This document shows, piece after piece, positions 21,073 through 33,750 of a DNA stretch of 64,000 bases (position 1 is its first letter; every line of letters begins with the position of its first letter). The notes beneath the pieces were generated by a model. It worked only from the letters and a program-made list of their open reading frames with translations, had not been told where the DNA came from and ran no database searches. Where the stretch lies: positions 28,795 to 92,794 of the forward strand of contig CABWYS010000001.1 in NCBI GenBank assembly GCA_902509555.1, in the 5' to 3' direction. The position numbers and the translations under genes are program-made. The stretch comes from an uncultured SAR86 cluster bacterium. Its GTDB lineage: Bacteria > Pseudomonadota > Gammaproteobacteria > Magnimaribacterales > D2472.

Positions 21073-23034
21073 TTATTTCAATAAAGTCCTGTTAAAGTGC
21101 TCTAGCATTTTCTTGTATAGCATCAATCTATTCTCAGGCTTTCTAAAGCCATGCCCTTCTTTCTCAACAATAATTAATTCGTGCTCTTTACCAGCTTCTT
21201 CTAATGCATCAGCTAATGCATAGGCGTGCTCTATAGGCGCACGTTGATCTTCCTTGCCTGAAACAATAATAATTGGAGCTTCAAGTTTATCGGCTTGTTG
21301 CACAGGTGACATTGCTTTAATTTTTGCAGGATCTTGGCCAAGAGTTTTATCTAAATATTTACCACCCCATTTTATGGTTTTAATATCCCCTTCGTCATAC
21401 AGCATTTCTAAATCAAATACTCCAATATATGCAACAGATGCTTTATAAAGATCTGGACGGAGCATTGGAGCCATTGCAGCAGAGTATCCTCCAAAACTGC
21501 CGCCATAAATTCCAATTCTTTCAGGGTCAGCTATTCCTTGATTGATGGCCCATTCAGTTGCCTCAATAATATCCTGTTGAGTATCTCCTCCCCATTCTCC
21601 AAATCCCATCTGAGTAAACTCCTTTCCATAACCTGTTGAGCCTCTAAAATTAACTTTCAGTACAGCATAACCAGCTTGAGAAAAAATGTGAGTGTCTGGA
21701 TCAAAACCCCATGAGTCTCTGGCATGAGGTCCTCCATGAGGTATAACTATCATAGGAGCTGATTGGTCCTCTTGCTGATTCTTTGCTGGGGTGTAATACC
21801 CATGAATCTTCACACCATCAGAGTTTATAAAATTGAATGGCACCTCATGCTCTAGCCCTTGATCATCAATTTCAGGCCACATAGTAAGCAAATATTTAAC
21901 TTGATTTTTTTTAAGATCATATAAGTAATATTTTGAGGAGGATGCAGAGTCGCCTACGGCAATAATTAATTTGTCTCTATTTTTAGATAAATCCACCAAT
22001 CCAATTTCTTTCTTATCAAAAACTTCTATATTTCCATTGAAAGCTTGGACTGCTTGCATGATTGAATTTTGTAACGGGTCATCATTTTCAAACCAATAAG
22101 CTTTGGCGTATCCAGGATTAATTGTGGCGCCAAGAACCTTGTCATCTATGATTTGCGGATAAGCATCATACTCCGGGTGATGAAAGACCACCTGAGTCTC
22201 TCCAGTTTTGGCATCGATCTCCTTGATTTGATAAGTTGAAGTCTCTGTACTGTCTACAATGTGAATTGTAGAATCATCTTTTGCAATATTAACAGGATAA
22301 ATCTCGCCATCTCCATATGGTGTTTTACTTAATACTTGCCACTCATCCTTCTTGGAAGCACGGTACATAGTGACGGTGTTATTATCAATATCACTTCCAA
22401 CAGCAAATCTTGGTGTGCCTGAGCTATCTGAAACAAACTGCCCTCCAGCCAATGGAGATTTACCTAGTCTTTTTTGCTGACCGTTATAAACGTTTAATCT
22501 AATAGCATCAGCAAAACCACCATTATTTTGTTTTCCAAATACACTTACAGACAAAAGCACATGCTTCTCATCATCTTCAAGGATGTTCTCTACATAACCA
22601 TAAGAGAACTTGTCAACCACTTTACCTCTAGCACCTGAGGTTCTTGCTCTCATTCCAAATACATAAGCAGGTTTTTTAGAATCATAATTAATTGCAAAAT
22701 ATTCACCTATGGAGCCTCTACCCCAAGAATCATAATATCCAATTTGTATTAACAAACGTTCATTATTAACCCAGTAATAACTCGCAACCTCTTCTTCTTT
22801 AGTAAGAGTAATGGCGTTAATTAAACTTAAATCTTCTGCATTAAAAATTGAAATGCCTTTTTTATCATCAGGCATCTTGGTGAGAACACTGATCATCCTG
22901 CCGTCAGGTGAGATTTTTACATTAGTGTATGAAGGCAGAGAGCTAAACCTTTCTACAAAATCTTCGCTGACGCCTAGATCAGCAAATGAATTAAAGCTTA
23001 ATAAAAGAAATATTGATAATATGGAGTTTTTCAT
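21073..23034 (-). CDS. Exported S9-family (prolyl oligopeptidase/acylaminoacyl-peptidase-like) serine peptidase
   Basis: Signal peptide, ISPDG propeller start, PHGGP, nucleophile GGSFGG, catalytic Asp (EDQR) and His (EGHG). Confidence 0.93.
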   Translation of the reverse strand: MKNSILSIFLLLSFNSFADLGVSEDFVERFSSLPSYTNVKISPDGRMISVLTKMPDDKKGISIFNAEDLSLINAITLTKEEEVASYYWVNNERLLIQIGYYDSWGRGSIGEYFAINYDSKKPAYVFGMRARTSGARGKVVDKFSYGYVENILEDDEKHVLLSVSVFGKQNNGGFADAIRLNVYNGQQKRLGKSPLAGGQFVSDSSGTPRFAVGSDIDNNTVTMYRASKKDEWQVLSKTPYGDGEIYPVNIAKDDSTIHIVDSTETSTYQIKEIDAKTGETQVVFHHPEYDAYPQIIDDKVLGATINPGYAKAYWFENDDPLQNSIMQAVQAFNGNIEVFDKKEIGLVDLSKNRDKLIIAVGDSASSSKYYLYDLKKNQVKYLLTMWPEIDDQGLEHEVPFNFINSDGVKIHGYYTPAKNQQEDQSAPMIVIPHGGPHARDSWGFDPDTHIFSQAGYAVLKVNFRGSTGYGKEFTQMGFGEWGGDTQQDIIEATEWAINQGIADPERIGIYGGSFGGYSAAMAPMLRPDLYKASVAYIGVFDLEMLYDEGDIKTIKWGGKYLDKTLGQDPAKIKAMSPVQQADKLEAPIIIVSGKEDQRAPIEHAYALADALEEAGKEHELIIVEKEGHGFRKPENRLMLYKKMLEHFNRTLLK

Positions 23035-23072
23035 TTGTAAAGTTTACTTGACATAATATAGTTGATCAATCA

Positions 23073-23081
23073 ATTATAACA
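23073..23081 (-). promoter_or_regulatory. Putative extended -10 promoter for the S9 peptidase
   Basis: TGTTATAAT (TGnTATAAT) on the minus strand about 40 nt upstream of the ATG. Confidence 0.5.
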
Positions 23082-23121
23082 ACGTTTTAAAATTGCACGT
23101 TAAGGAAGAGATAAATAAAAG

Positions 23122-23150
23122 TAGACAGATGAATTTAAGATCATTAAACT
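23122..23150 (+). promoter_or_regulatory. Putative sigma70 promoter for rpsT
   Basis: TAGACA-17 nt-TAAACT followed by GC-rich AGCGC discriminator. Confidence 0.6.
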
Positions 23151-23172
23151 AGCGCATCTAATATTTAAAGAT

Positions 23173-24455
<1,283 letters not shown>

Positions 24456-24713
24456 TTACTTAGAAATGACGTTGACTGTCTTTTTTTGCTTGATGCCTTT
24501 GTAAGTGAATTGCACTTGACCGGCTGAAGTCGCGAATAAAGTATGATCTTTACCCATGCCGACATTTTCTCCTGGATGAGTATTGGTCCCACGTTGACGT
24601 ATTATAATTTCACCTGGTTTTACAGTCTGGCCGCCAAAACGCTTGACACCCAATCTCTTGGAATTGGAATCTCTACCGTTTTTACTGGAACCACCTGCTT
24701 TCTTATGTGCCAT
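24456..24713 (-). CDS. rpmA: 50S ribosomal protein L27
   Basis: [16 protein letters not shown]. Confidence 0.99.
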   Translation of the reverse strand: MAHKKAGGSSKNGRDSNSKRLGVKRFGGQTVKPGEIIIRQRGTNTHPGENVGMGKDHTLFATSAGQVQFTYKGIKQKKTVNVISK

Positions 24714-24715
24714 TT

Positions 24716-25033
24716 CTATTTACCTACGTTGATTTCTTTGATTTTAATCTGAGTATATCTCTGTCTGTGTCCAATTTTTCTCATGCTATGTTTTCTTCTG
24801 CGGAACCTAAGAATAGACACTTTTTCACCTTTTACTTCTTCGACTATCTCAGCTACAACTTTGGCATTTTCTATGTATGGCTGACCTATCTGAACATCAT
24901 CTCCATCAACATATAGCATAACGTTTTCAAAAGCATGATCTACTCCTGATTCCTCTTGCATTAAATCGACTTCTAGGACTTGTCCTAGCTCGACTTTATG
25001 TTGTTTTCCACCTGCTTCTATTACTGCGTACAT
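24716..25033 (-). CDS. rplU: 50S ribosomal protein L21 (start at ATG 25033)
   Basis: [14 protein letters not shown]...GHRQRYT. Confidence 0.98.
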   Translation of the reverse strand: MYAVIEAGGKQHKVELGQVLEVDLMQEESGVDHAFENVMLYVDGDDVQIGQPYIENAKVVAEIVEEVKGEKVSILRFRRRKHSMRKIGHRQRYTQIKIKEINVGK

Positions 25034-25054
25034 AGTTATCTCTAAAGGTGGCAA

Positions 25055-25083
25055 AATATACGCTTTCTGAAAGAAATTATCAA
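25055..25083 (-). promoter_or_regulatory. Putative sigma70 promoter for rplU-rpmA-obgE
   Basis: TTGATA-17 nt-TATATT followed by TTGCCACC. Confidence 0.6.
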
Positions 25084-25119
25084 TACTTATGTATAATTTT
25101 AGGCTTCTAATTATTTAAG

Positions 25120-26088
25120 ATGTACGTACTCAAAAAAACCACTTCGGCTGAACTCAGAAGAGTTCAATCCACTATCAAAAAAGAGCTTGCTAGCGAAAAA
25201 ATAATTCAAGAAATTTATGAATACATTTTTAATGCAGAGGGTAAAAAAACAAGAGCTTTGCTCTGTTTACTTGCCTCTAAAGCATCAGACATAAAGTCTA
25301 ATAATAGAATTAATTTAGCTAGCATTATTGAGCTTTTACATACAGCAACATTAGTTCATGACGATGTTGTGGATGAGTCTGAGCTAAGACGTGGTACCAG
25401 ATCTGTGAATCAAGTCTGGACAAATTCATACAGCGTCTTGATGGGTGATTTTATATATTCGAAAGCCTTTATTTTAATGGTAAAGCTTGGGATCCCTGCT
25501 ATCTTAGATGAGTTAGCAAAAGCGACCAATGACATAGCTAGAGGCGAAATTATTCAATTAGAACTCTTTGAAAAAAAACAACTGATTGAGCTTAAAGACT
25601 TGCTCAAGGTTAGCTATTTAAAAACGGGGAGACTTTTTGAGGCATCTGCAAAAACCGGGGCCATGCTTGCATGCAGATCTGCAGAAGAAATTAAAACATT
25701 TGGGTTGCTGGGAAAGGCTTTAGGAACAGCATTTCAGATTCAAGACGATATTTTAGATTATGAGGCGTTAAAGCTTGATACGGGAAAGCCAGCCTTGAAA
25801 GATTTCAAGGAGGGAAAAATTACATTTCCTTTGTATTTTGCTCTTCAGCAGGCTAATACAAAAGATAAAAATTTTATTATGAGCCAATTGGGTCAATCAA
25901 AAATATTAAAAAAAGATCAAAATAAAATCTATCAATTAATACGAAATGATAAAACTCAAAAAGAAATAAATGCTTTGTTAGAAAAATATACAAAAGAAAC
26001 CTTAAAGCATCTGAATAAATTAAAGTATCATGCCTGCTACAATGAGATGCTAGACTTAATAAAATTCTCCAAAATAAGGAAAATATGA
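25120..26088 (+). CDS. ispB: Long-chain polyprenyl diphosphate synthase (IspB-type)
   Basis: ELLHTATLVHDDVVD and FQIQDDILD motifs; divergent from rplU as usual for ispB. Confidence 0.9.
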   Translation: MYVLKKTTSAELRRVQSTIKKELASEKIIQEIYEYIFNAEGKKTRALLCLLASKASDIKSNNRINLASIIELLHTATLVHDDVVDESELRRGTRSVNQVWTNSYSVLMGDFIYSKAFILMVKLGIPAILDELAKATNDIARGEIIQLELFEKKQLIELKDLLKVSYLKTGRLFEASAKTGAMLACRSAEEIKTFGLLGKALGTAFQIQDDILDYEALKLDTGKPALKDFKEGKITFPLYFALQQANTKDKNFIMSQLGQSKILKKDQNKIYQLIRNDKTQKEINALLEKYTKETLKHLNKLKYHACYNEMLDLIKFSKIRKI

Positions 26089-26606
26089 CATTCAAACCTG
26101 CCTCAAGTTACACAAAAGATGATTTAGTGGCATGCGGAAATGGCGATCTATTTGGCCCAAGCAATGGTCGCTTACCAGCAGACGAAATGCTTATGTTCGA
26201 TTCAATTGACCAAATTGACAAAACATCAGGTAAATATTCCAAAGGAAAAATTATTGCTAATCTCAATATTGAAGAAAGTTTATGGTTTTTTAAAGTGCAT
26301 TTTAAATCTGATCCAGTAATGCCCGGATGTCTTGGCTTAGATGCTATGTGGCAATTATTGGGATTCTATCTTTGCTGGCTTGAGTTACCTGGCTATGGAA
26401 GAGCACTAGGTTCAGATAAGGTAAAGTTTTTTGGTCAAGTTACTCCTGGTGCAAAAATTGTTAGGTATGAAATTGATATAAAACGAGTTGTGAACAGAGG
26501 AGCAGTGGTTGGCTTTGCTGATGGAAACATGTTCGTTGATGATCGTCACGTTTATTCAGCAGACGGACTAAGAGTGGGTCTGTTTAAGGATACTAGCGAA
26601 TTCTAA
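26085..26606 (+). CDS. fabA: 3-hydroxydecanoyl-ACP dehydratase/isomerase
   Basis: [25 protein letters not shown] motif. Confidence 0.98.
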   Translation: MTFKPASSYTKDDLVACGNGDLFGPSNGRLPADEMLMFDSIDQIDKTSGKYSKGKIIANLNIEESLWFFKVHFKSDPVMPGCLGLDAMWQLLGFYLCWLELPGYGRALGSDKVKFFGQVTPGAKIVRYEIDIKRVVNRGAVVGFADGNMFVDDRHVYSADGLRVGLFKDTSEF

Positions 26607-27811
26607 TGAAAAATGTAGTTGTAACTGGTGTAGGCATTGTCTCTTGCATAGGCTCAGATACTCAAGAAGTGTTAAATAGTTTGAAGAAAGGAAAGTCAGG
26701 CATTTCCAAGAACTCCACATATGCAGAAATGGATTTTAGAAGTCATGTTTCTGGAGCAATAAACCTTGATTTAGCTGAATTAATTGATAGAAAAACTCTT
26801 CGCTTTATGAGTGAAGCTTCAGGATTCGGATACATCGCAGCTCAAGAAGCTATTCATCATGCATCCTTAAACCTTGAAGAGATGAATGTTTCAAGAATTG
26901 GAGTAGTAGCTGGATCAGGCGGAGCATCTTCAGCAGCTCAAATAGAGGCATCAGATACTGCAAGAGAGCGAGGCCCAAAAAGAATAGGACCCTATGCTGT
27001 TACAAAAACAATGGGTAGCACTGTGTCAGCTATTTTAGGCACTACACTGAAACTTAAAGGAGTGAATTACTCTATTTCATCTGCTTGCTCAACTAGTGCT
27101 CATTGTATTGGCCACGCAGCAGAACTTATTCAATTAGGTAAACAAGATATTATTATTGCTGGTGGTGCAGAACAAGAGCACTGGACCTCCTCTTCCATGT
27201 TTGATGCTATGGGGGCTCTCTCCTCACAGTATAATGATGCTCCTGAAAAAGCCTCGAGGCCATTTGATGTAGACAGAGATGGATTTGTAATTGCCGGTGG
27301 CGCAGGAATGCTAATACTCGAGGAAGAAGAGCATGCCATCAAAAGAAATGCACCTATCATTGCAAGGCTGAAGGGCTATTGTGCTAACTCTGATGGCTAT
27401 GACATGGTGTCTCCCTCTGGCGAAGGGGCTATAAGATGCATGAGTGAGGCAATCGAAGCTTTTGGGTCTGATGTAGATTATATCAATGCTCATGGCACAA
27501 GCACTCCTGTTGGAGATCTTGCTGAACTTAGCGCAATAAAATCAGTATTTGGTAAAAATGCTCCTGTAATTGGGTCTACTAAATCAATGACTGGCCACTC
27601 ATTAGGAGCAACTGGAGCTCAGGAGGCAATTTATTCTATCCTGATGATGCAACATGATTTTATTGCTCCATCGATTAATATAGAAACCTTGGTTGAGGAA
27701 GCAGAGGGATTAAATATTTGCCAATCAATGATGGAGCAAAAATTAAATTCTGTAATGAGCAACTCATTTGGTTTTGGTGGAACAAATGCAAGTTTAATTT
27801 TTGGTAAATAA
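26606..27811 (+). CDS. fabB: Beta-ketoacyl-ACP synthase I
   Basis: [39 protein letters not shown]; follows fabA. Confidence 0.97.
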   Translation: MKNVVVTGVGIVSCIGSDTQEVLNSLKKGKSGISKNSTYAEMDFRSHVSGAINLDLAELIDRKTLRFMSEASGFGYIAAQEAIHHASLNLEEMNVSRIGVVAGSGGASSAAQIEASDTARERGPKRIGPYAVTKTMGSTVSAILGTTLKLKGVNYSISSACSTSAHCIGHAAELIQLGKQDIIIAGGAEQEHWTSSSMFDAMGALSSQYNDAPEKASRPFDVDRDGFVIAGGAGMLILEEEEHAIKRNAPIIARLKGYCANSDGYDMVSPSGEGAIRCMSEAIEAFGSDVDYINAHGTSTPVGDLAELSAIKSVFGKNAPVIGSTKSMTGHSLGATGAQEAIYSILMMQHDFIAPSINIETLVEEAEGLNICQSMMEQKLNSVMSNSFGFGGTNASLIFGK

Positions 27812-27812
27812 A

Positions 27813-28154
27813 TTAAGCTAATCGAGATCCATTTAAAGCTCCTTTTTGAGGAACGGCTAAAATAATACTTCCATCCGGCTGAGTAAATCCTGTCACGAGA
27901 CACTCTGACATGAATGGCCCGATCTGTTTTTTAGGAAAATTAATAACCGCTGCAACCTGCATACCTACCAAAGACTTAGGATTGTAATGATCTGTAATTT
28001 GAGCAGATGATTTTTTAATGCCTATATCTTCTCCAAAATCTATAGTCATTTTTATTGCAGGCTTGATTGCTTCTTTGAATTCTTCGGCAGATAGAATAGT
28101 CCCAACACGCACATCCACTCTCTCAAATTCTTTCCAAGTTAAATCATTCATCAT
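27813..28154 (-). CDS. csaA: Stand-alone tRNA-binding/secretion chaperone, CsaA family
   Basis: DVRVGTI, KKSSAQIT, VINFPKKQIGPFMSECLVTG motifs. Confidence 0.92.
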   Translation of the reverse strand: MMNDLTWKEFERVDVRVGTILSAEEFKEAIKPAIKMTIDFGEDIGIKKSSAQITDHYNPKSLVGMQVAAVINFPKKQIGPFMSECLVTGFTQPDGSIILAVPQKGALNGSRLA

Positions 28155-29011
28155 TATTCCTTGTCATCCCACCATGGAAAAAAGTCAGGCATATCTGAAG
28201 ATATCAAATTTTTAAATTTTGCTGGACGCTTTTCTAAAAAGGAATTTACTCCCTCTTTTGCATCATCTGATGCTCCCCTAGAATCAATGGCCTTGCTCTC
28301 TATTACATGAGCATCATAAGGATCACTTTGACCAAATGATCTCCAAAGCATTTGTCTGGTAATAGCTATAGAGATTGGTGCAGATTTTTCTGTGAGTTCT
28401 TGAGCTATTTTTATTGCGTCATCGATGAGGCTTTCTGGTTTATGGATGCTAGAAATTAATGAAATATCTAAAGCTTCCTTAGATTCAATGATTCTCCCAG
28501 AAAATGTTAAATCTAAAGCTTTAGAAATGCCTACAATTTTTGGAAGAAACCAGCTACTGCATGCATCAGGGACAATCCCTCTGTTGTTAAATACAAATCC
28601 GAATCTGGCATCTTCAGAGGCAATTCGAATATCGCCTGGGAGTTGCATGGATGCTCCAATGCCAACTGCAGGACCATTACACGCAAATATAATAGGCTTT
28701 AAAAATTTGTACATTCTTAGAGTAAGAATGCCACCTGAATCTCTTCTAAAATCATCCTCTTTAACTGCAAAATTATCAAAAGATGGATTGAATGTATCTT
28801 TGCCACTGCTTAGGTCAGCACCAGCACAAAAAGCTCTGCCTGCTCCCGAGATAATTACTGCTTTTAAATTATCATCTGCTTCTATAGCATCAAATGCGCT
28901 TATTAACTCTTCCATCATAAGAAATGTAAAAGCGTTTAATTTTTCTGGTCTATTTAATAATAGAACAGCGAGATTTTCATGCTGTTCTATTGTAATTGTT
29001 TTGAAACTCAC
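28154..29011 (-). CDS. Crotonase (enoyl-CoA hydratase/isomerase) family protein
   Basis: LNRPEKLNAF, GRAFCAGADL, KPII..CNGPAVG, EGVNSFLEKR motifs. Confidence 0.93.
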   Translation of the reverse strand: MSFKTITIEQHENLAVLLLNRPEKLNAFTFLMMEELISAFDAIEADDNLKAVIISGAGRAFCAGADLSSGKDTFNPSFDNFAVKEDDFRRDSGGILTLRMYKFLKPIIFACNGPAVGIGASMQLPGDIRIASEDARFGFVFNNRGIVPDACSSWFLPKIVGISKALDLTFSGRIIESKEALDISLISSIHKPESLIDDAIKIAQELTEKSAPISIAITRQMLWRSFGQSDPYDAHVIESKAIDSRGASDDAKEGVNSFLEKRPAKFKNLISSDMPDFFPWWDDKE

Positions 29012-29017
29012 CGAAAT

Positions 29018-29455
29018 CTAGAAAGGTATATCTTCCTCTGAGATTTGAGATGCTTGAGATGGGGCTGATTGAGAGGCTGGCTGTGATTGATCGTAAGCAC
29101 CTCCATCGCTGGAAGATTGCCTACCACCAAGCATGTTCATCTCGTTACCAAGTATTTCTGTCGTGTATCTGTCATTCCCTTCTTTATCTTGCCATTTTCT
29201 AGTTTGTAATTTGCCTTCAACATAAAGCTGAGAGCCTTTATCAAGATATTGTTCAGCGATTTCTGCTAGTTTTCCAAAAAAGACAACTCTGTGCCATTCT
29301 GTTTTTTCTCTTTGCTCTCCAGAATCTTTGTCTTTCCATGATTCTGAAGTCGCAATTGAAAGTGTAGCAACTGCTGTGTTTGTTTGGGTATATCGCATTT
29401 CAGGTTTTTGCCCTAAATTACCTACCAAAATTACTTTATTTACTCCTCTAGCCAT
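29018..29455 (-). CDS. ssb: Single-stranded DNA-binding protein
   Basis: [18 protein letters not shown], acidic C-terminal EEDIPF. Confidence 0.99.
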   Translation of the reverse strand: MARGVNKVILVGNLGQKPEMRYTQTNTAVATLSIATSESWKDKDSGEQREKTEWHRVVFFGKLAEIAEQYLDKGSQLYVEGKLQTRKWQDKEGNDRYTTEILGNEMNMLGGRQSSSDGGAYDQSQPASQSAPSQASQISEEDIPF

Positions 29456-29522
29456 AATTACCTCTTATAATTACTTAAGTTTAACTCGAAACAAATCAGC
29501 TGGATAAAAATTCTGCAAATAA

Positions 29523-32345
29523 ATGGAAAAAATTTCAATAAAAGGTGCCCGAACGCATAACCTTAAAAATATTTCTTTAAATATTCCTCGAGGGAAATTA
29601 ATCGTGATAACTGGATTATCAGGATCTGGGAAGTCATCTTTGGCATTTGATACTATTTATGCCGAAGGACAAAGACGCTATGTAGAATCTCTTTCAGCAT
29701 ATGCACGACAATTTTTATCTATGATGGAAAAGCCAGATGTTGATCAAATTGATGGTCTCTCCCCTGCAATATCTATTGAACAAAAATCTACCTCACATAA
29801 CCCGAGATCAACTGTAGGAACAGTTACAGAAATTTATGATTATCTCAGGTTATTATATGCACGAATTGGGGTTCCAATTTGCCCAGATCATAACGAAGAA
29901 CTCTCGGCTAAAACAGTTAGTGAGATATGTGATGAAATATATGCACTTGGCTATGATAAAAAAATTATGGTCATGGCTCCTGTGGTCAGAGGTAAAAAAG
30001 GAGAGCATCTGGGTGTTTATGAAGATTTGAAAGCTGAAGGTTTTGTTAGGGTAAAAATTAATGATGTTATTTATCCATTAGATGAATTTCCAGGATTAAA
30101 TAAAAATCAAAAACATGATATTTCAGCTATTGTTGATAGGCTGAAATTACAAAAGGATGATGATAATAGATCTAGATTATCTGAATCAATTGATACTGCT
30201 CTCAATCTATCAGATGGCCTTGTTCAGATAGAGGTTCTTGATGAAGAATCAGAAGTGCTTCTTTTTTCTTCAAATTTTTCGTGCTCTCAATGCGGCTACT
30301 CCGTAACTGAGTTAGAGCCAAGAATGTTTTCTTTTAACAATCCTTTTGGAGCCTGTGAAAAATGTGACGGCTTGGGAGTCATTCAGTACTTTGATCAAAA
30401 TAAATTAATATCGGATAATTCTGCAACGATCAATGAAGGCGCCATTAAGGGATGGAATAGAAGAAATAGATTCTATTTTCATCAATTAAAGTGTTTGGCC
30501 AAGCATTATGACTTTGATTTAGATACTTCTTGGAAATCCTACTCTGAAGAAATCCAAAATATCCTTTTGTGGGGATCGAAGGATAAGATCAACTTTTCTA
30601 AAAGTTTTAGGAGTGGCAGCAAAATAGTACGGCAACATCGTTTTGAGGGCATTATTCCCAATACCGAAAGAAGATTTAAAGAAACAGACTCAGAATTTAT
30701 TAGAAATGAGTTAGCAAAGATGCTCTCAGACAGTCACTGTGATGCTTGCGGAGGATCTAGGCTTAAAAAAGAATCGAGAAATATTTTTGTTAATGAGACT
30801 CCCATTCAAAATATTACAAATCAAAAAATATCAGAGGCATTACTTTTTTTTCAAAATATTGAACTTGAGGGTGCAAAAGTAACGATTGCTGAAAAGATTT
30901 TAAAAGAAATTAACGAGCGCCTTACGTTTCTTGAGGACGTTGGGCTGAACTATCTAACCTTGGATAGAGGAGCTGGGACTCTCTCAGGAGGAGAAGCTCA
31001 AAGGATCAGGCTAGCCAGTCAAATTGGCTCTGGTCTAGTTGGGGTTACTTATGTTCTTGATGAACCCTCAATAGGACTTCATCAAAGAGATAATGAACGT
31101 CTCATTAAAACTCTTTATCACCTTAAAAGTCTTGGAAATACCGTAATAGTTGTTGAACATGATGAAGAAGCAATTAGATGTGCAGATCACATTATTGATA
31201 TTGGACCTGGGGCTGGTAAACATGGCGGAGAGATCTGCGCTCAAGGAAAATTAACAGATATATTGAAAAGCAAAGAATCTATGACTGCTGCCTACCTTTC
31301 TGGAGAAAGACAAATTAATTTCCCTAAAACTGCTAAAAATCCTGATAAATTTATTGAGATAGTTGACGCATATGAAAATAATTTACAGCATGTAACTGCA
31401 AAAATCCCTGTAGGAGTTTTTACTTGTATTACTGGCGTTTCTGGTTCAGGTAAATCCTCGCTCATCAATCAGACATTGATGCCAATGAGTAGTTTTTTAC
31501 TTAACAAAGCTAATCTCAATAAAGAAATTAAATGCAAACAAATTAAAGGTTTGGAGCACCTAGATAAGGTAATTGGAATAGATCAATCTCCTATTGGCCG
31601 CACTCCAAGATCTAATCCAGCAACCTATACAGGTCTCTTCTCGCATATTAGAGACTTATTTTCTCAATCTGAAGAAGCAAGAACAAGGGGGTATAAACCA
31701 GGTCGATTTAGCTTCAACGTTAAGGGAGGAAGATGTGAGGCATGCCAAGGCGATGGGATGATAAAAGTAGAGATGCATTTTTTAGCAGATGTGTATGTAA
31801 AGTGTGATGTCTGTGATGGAAAAAGATACAACGAGCAAACTCTTGAAGTTAAATATAAGGGCAAAAATATTGCTGAGGTTTTAAGCATGACTGTAGAAGA
31901 AGCTCTTGAATTCTTCCAAGCCATCCCAGCAATCAAAAATAAACTTCAAACACTGGCTGATGTGGGTCTGACTTATATAACCCTTGGACAGTCTGCAACT
32001 ACACTTTCTGGGGGAGAGGCCCAGAGAATTAAGCTCGCAAAAGAACTTTCCAAAAGAAGTACTGGAAAAACATTATTTATTTTAGATGAGCCAACAACAG
32101 GTCTGCACTTCTATGATATTGAGTTACTACTGGGGGTTTTAAAAAGACTGTCTGATCAAGGGAATACCGTAGTAGTAATTGAACACAATCTAGATGTAAT
32201 TAAATCAAGTGATTGGATAATAGATCTTGGCCCAGAGGGAGGAAGTGACGGAGGGCTAATAATCGCTGAAGGATCTCCAAGCAAAGTTGCTCAGTCTAAA
32301 AAGTCTTATACAGGCAAGTACCTTAAAGAGGTTTTAAAAAGCTAA
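29523..32345 (+). CDS. uvrA: Excinuclease ABC subunit A
   Basis: Two Walker A motifs ([18 protein letters not shown]), two LSGGEAQRI, zinc fingers. Confidence 0.99.
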   Translation: MEKISIKGARTHNLKNISLNIPRGKLIVITGLSGSGKSSLAFDTIYAEGQRRYVESLSAYARQFLSMMEKPDVDQIDGLSPAISIEQKSTSHNPRSTVGTVTEIYDYLRLLYARIGVPICPDHNEELSAKTVSEICDEIYALGYDKKIMVMAPVVRGKKGEHLGVYEDLKAEGFVRVKINDVIYPLDEFPGLNKNQKHDISAIVDRLKLQKDDDNRSRLSESIDTALNLSDGLVQIEVLDEESEVLLFSSNFSCSQCGYSVTELEPRMFSFNNPFGACEKCDGLGVIQYFDQNKLISDNSATINEGAIKGWNRRNRFYFHQLKCLAKHYDFDLDTSWKSYSEEIQNILLWGSKDKINFSKSFRSGSKIVRQHRFEGIIPNTERRFKETDSEFIRNELAKMLSDSHCDACGGSRLKKESRNIFVNETPIQNITNQKISEALLFFQNIELEGAKVTIAEKILKEINERLTFLEDVGLNYLTLDRGAGTLSGGEAQRIRLASQIGSGLVGVTYVLDEPSIGLHQRDNERLIKTLYHLKSLGNTVIVVEHDEEAIRCADHIIDIGPGAGKHGGEICAQGKLTDILKSKESMTAAYLSGERQINFPKTAKNPDKFIEIVDAYENNLQHVTAKIPVGVFTCITGVSGSGKSSLINQTLMPMSSFLLNKANLNKEIKCKQIKGLEHLDKVIGIDQSPIGRTPRSNPATYTGLFSHIRDLFSQSEEARTRGYKPGRFSFNVKGGRCEACQGDGMIKVEMHFLADVYVKCDVCDGKRYNEQTLEVKYKGKNIAEVLSMTVEEALEFFQAIPAIKNKLQTLADVGLTYITLGQSATTLSGGEAQRIKLAKELSKRSTGKTLFILDEPTTGLHFYDIELLLGVLKRLSDQGNTVVVIEHNLDVIKSSDWIIDLGPEGGSDGGLIIAEGSPSKVAQSKKSYTGKYLKEVLKS

Positions 32346-32758
32346 GCTGCTGAAGAGCCTTCTTTGAGCTCGGGCTCAGCTATTTCTGATGAGCCATCTG
32401 AATCCCTATCAACCCACTCAACATAAGCCATGTCAGCTTTATCTCCTGGTCTAAAACCAGCTTTGATAATTCTTAAATAACCACCCGGTCTATCTTTTGA
32501 CTTAACAGCAATTTCAGTAAAGAGTTTATTGACAGCGGAATCAAGCCTAAGTTTATTGAATGCTCTTCTTCGATTTGCAACAGAGTCGTCTTTGGCCATT
32601 GTAATCAAAGGCTCAACAAAAGATCTTAGTTCTTTGGCCTTTGGAGCTGTTGTTTTAATAAGTTCTCTTTCAATAAATGCAATAGCAAGATTTTTCATCA
32701 AGGCTTTACGATGAGATGAGTTCCTATTTAATTTTCTGCCTGATTTTCTATGTCTCAT
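32342..32758 (-). CDS. rplQ: 50S ribosomal protein L17
   Basis: [19 protein letters not shown]. Confidence 0.99.
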   Translation of the reverse strand: MRHRKSGRKLNRNSSHRKALMKNLAIAFIERELIKTTAPKAKELRSFVEPLITMAKDDSVANRRRAFNKLRLDSAVNKLFTEIAVKSKDRPGGYLRIIKAGFRPGDKADMAYVEWVDRDSDGSSEIAEPELKEGSSAA

Positions 32759-32762
32759 TTTA

Positions 32763-33728
32763 TTAACCCATTGGCGGCCAATTCTCTAATGTTGTGCCTA
32801 GAGAAAAGCCTTTTGATGCAAGGACATCCTTGATTTCGTTTAAAGATTTTTTTCCTAAATTAGGAGTTTTTAATAAATCAAACTCTGTTCTTTGAAGAAG
32901 GTCTCCGATCAAGAAAATGCTCTCAGCTTTCAAGCAGTTTGTTGATCTAACTGTAAGTTCCAACTCTTCAATTGACCTCATTAGGAATGGATCAAAGTCA
33001 TTCTGATCTTTCTTCGCTTCTTGTTCAGCAATAGCATCTAAATCAACAAATGCAGCTAATTGCTGTTGCATAATAGTTGCGGCATGTTCTATGGCTTTCT
33101 TTGGATCCAACGTACCATCAGTTTCTAATTCTACTATCAGCTTATCTAGGTCAGTTCTTTTTTCAAATCTTGCATTTTCAACTGTATACGCAACCCTTCG
33201 AACCGGACTAAAAGAAGCGTCGACTTTTAATGCTCCAACAGCAGTCTCTTCTTCGCCTCTTGAGTCTGCAGGCTCATAGCCTCTTCCAGTTTTGACAGTT
33301 GCGGTGAGAGATAAACTGACTTTATCAACCAATGAAGCAACATGATGCTCTGCGTCAGGTAATTCAACATTTCCTGGTACTTCAAAAGAGTTGGATGTGA
33401 CCTCACATGGACCAGAGACATCTAATTTTATAACAGCACTGGTACCTTCAATTAAGCTAATAGGCATATCCTTAAGGTTTAACAATATATCAATGACATC
33501 TTCTCTAACGCCTTCAATAGTTGAATACTCATGAGAAATACCGTCAATGGTTACGTCAGTTATTGCTGCGCCTGGCATAGAAGACAAAAGAATTCTTCTT
33601 AGCGCATTTCCTAGAGTATGACCAAAGCCTCTTTCTAATGGCTCTAGTGTAATTTTAGATGTATTGTTATCTATGTCATCAACCTGAATGTCAGTTGGGA
33701 CTAAAAGATCTATTACTGATGTTTCCAT
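32763..33728 (-). CDS. rpoA: RNA polymerase alpha subunit
   Basis: [23 protein letters not shown]; alpha-CTD with PNLGKKS. Confidence 0.99.
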   Translation of the reverse strand: METSVIDLLVPTDIQVDDIDNNTSKITLEPLERGFGHTLGNALRRILLSSMPGAAITDVTIDGISHEYSTIEGVREDVIDILLNLKDMPISLIEGTSAVIKLDVSGPCEVTSNSFEVPGNVELPDAEHHVASLVDKVSLSLTATVKTGRGYEPADSRGEEETAVGALKVDASFSPVRRVAYTVENARFEKRTDLDKLIVELETDGTLDPKKAIEHAATIMQQQLAAFVDLDAIAEQEAKKDQNDFDPFLMRSIEELELTVRSTNCLKAESIFLIGDLLQRTEFDLLKTPNLGKKSLNEIKDVLASKGFSLGTTLENWPPMG

Positions 33729-33750
33729 AATTTCCTTCCGTTTTTAAGTA

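Noticed and set aside
21040-21100. Prophage or genomic island at ssrA
   Set aside because: No integrase and no repeat of the ssrA 3' end seen in the window
29030-29100. SQ/PA-rich repeat near the end of ssb
   Set aside because: Ordinary low-complexity SSB linker before the acidic tip
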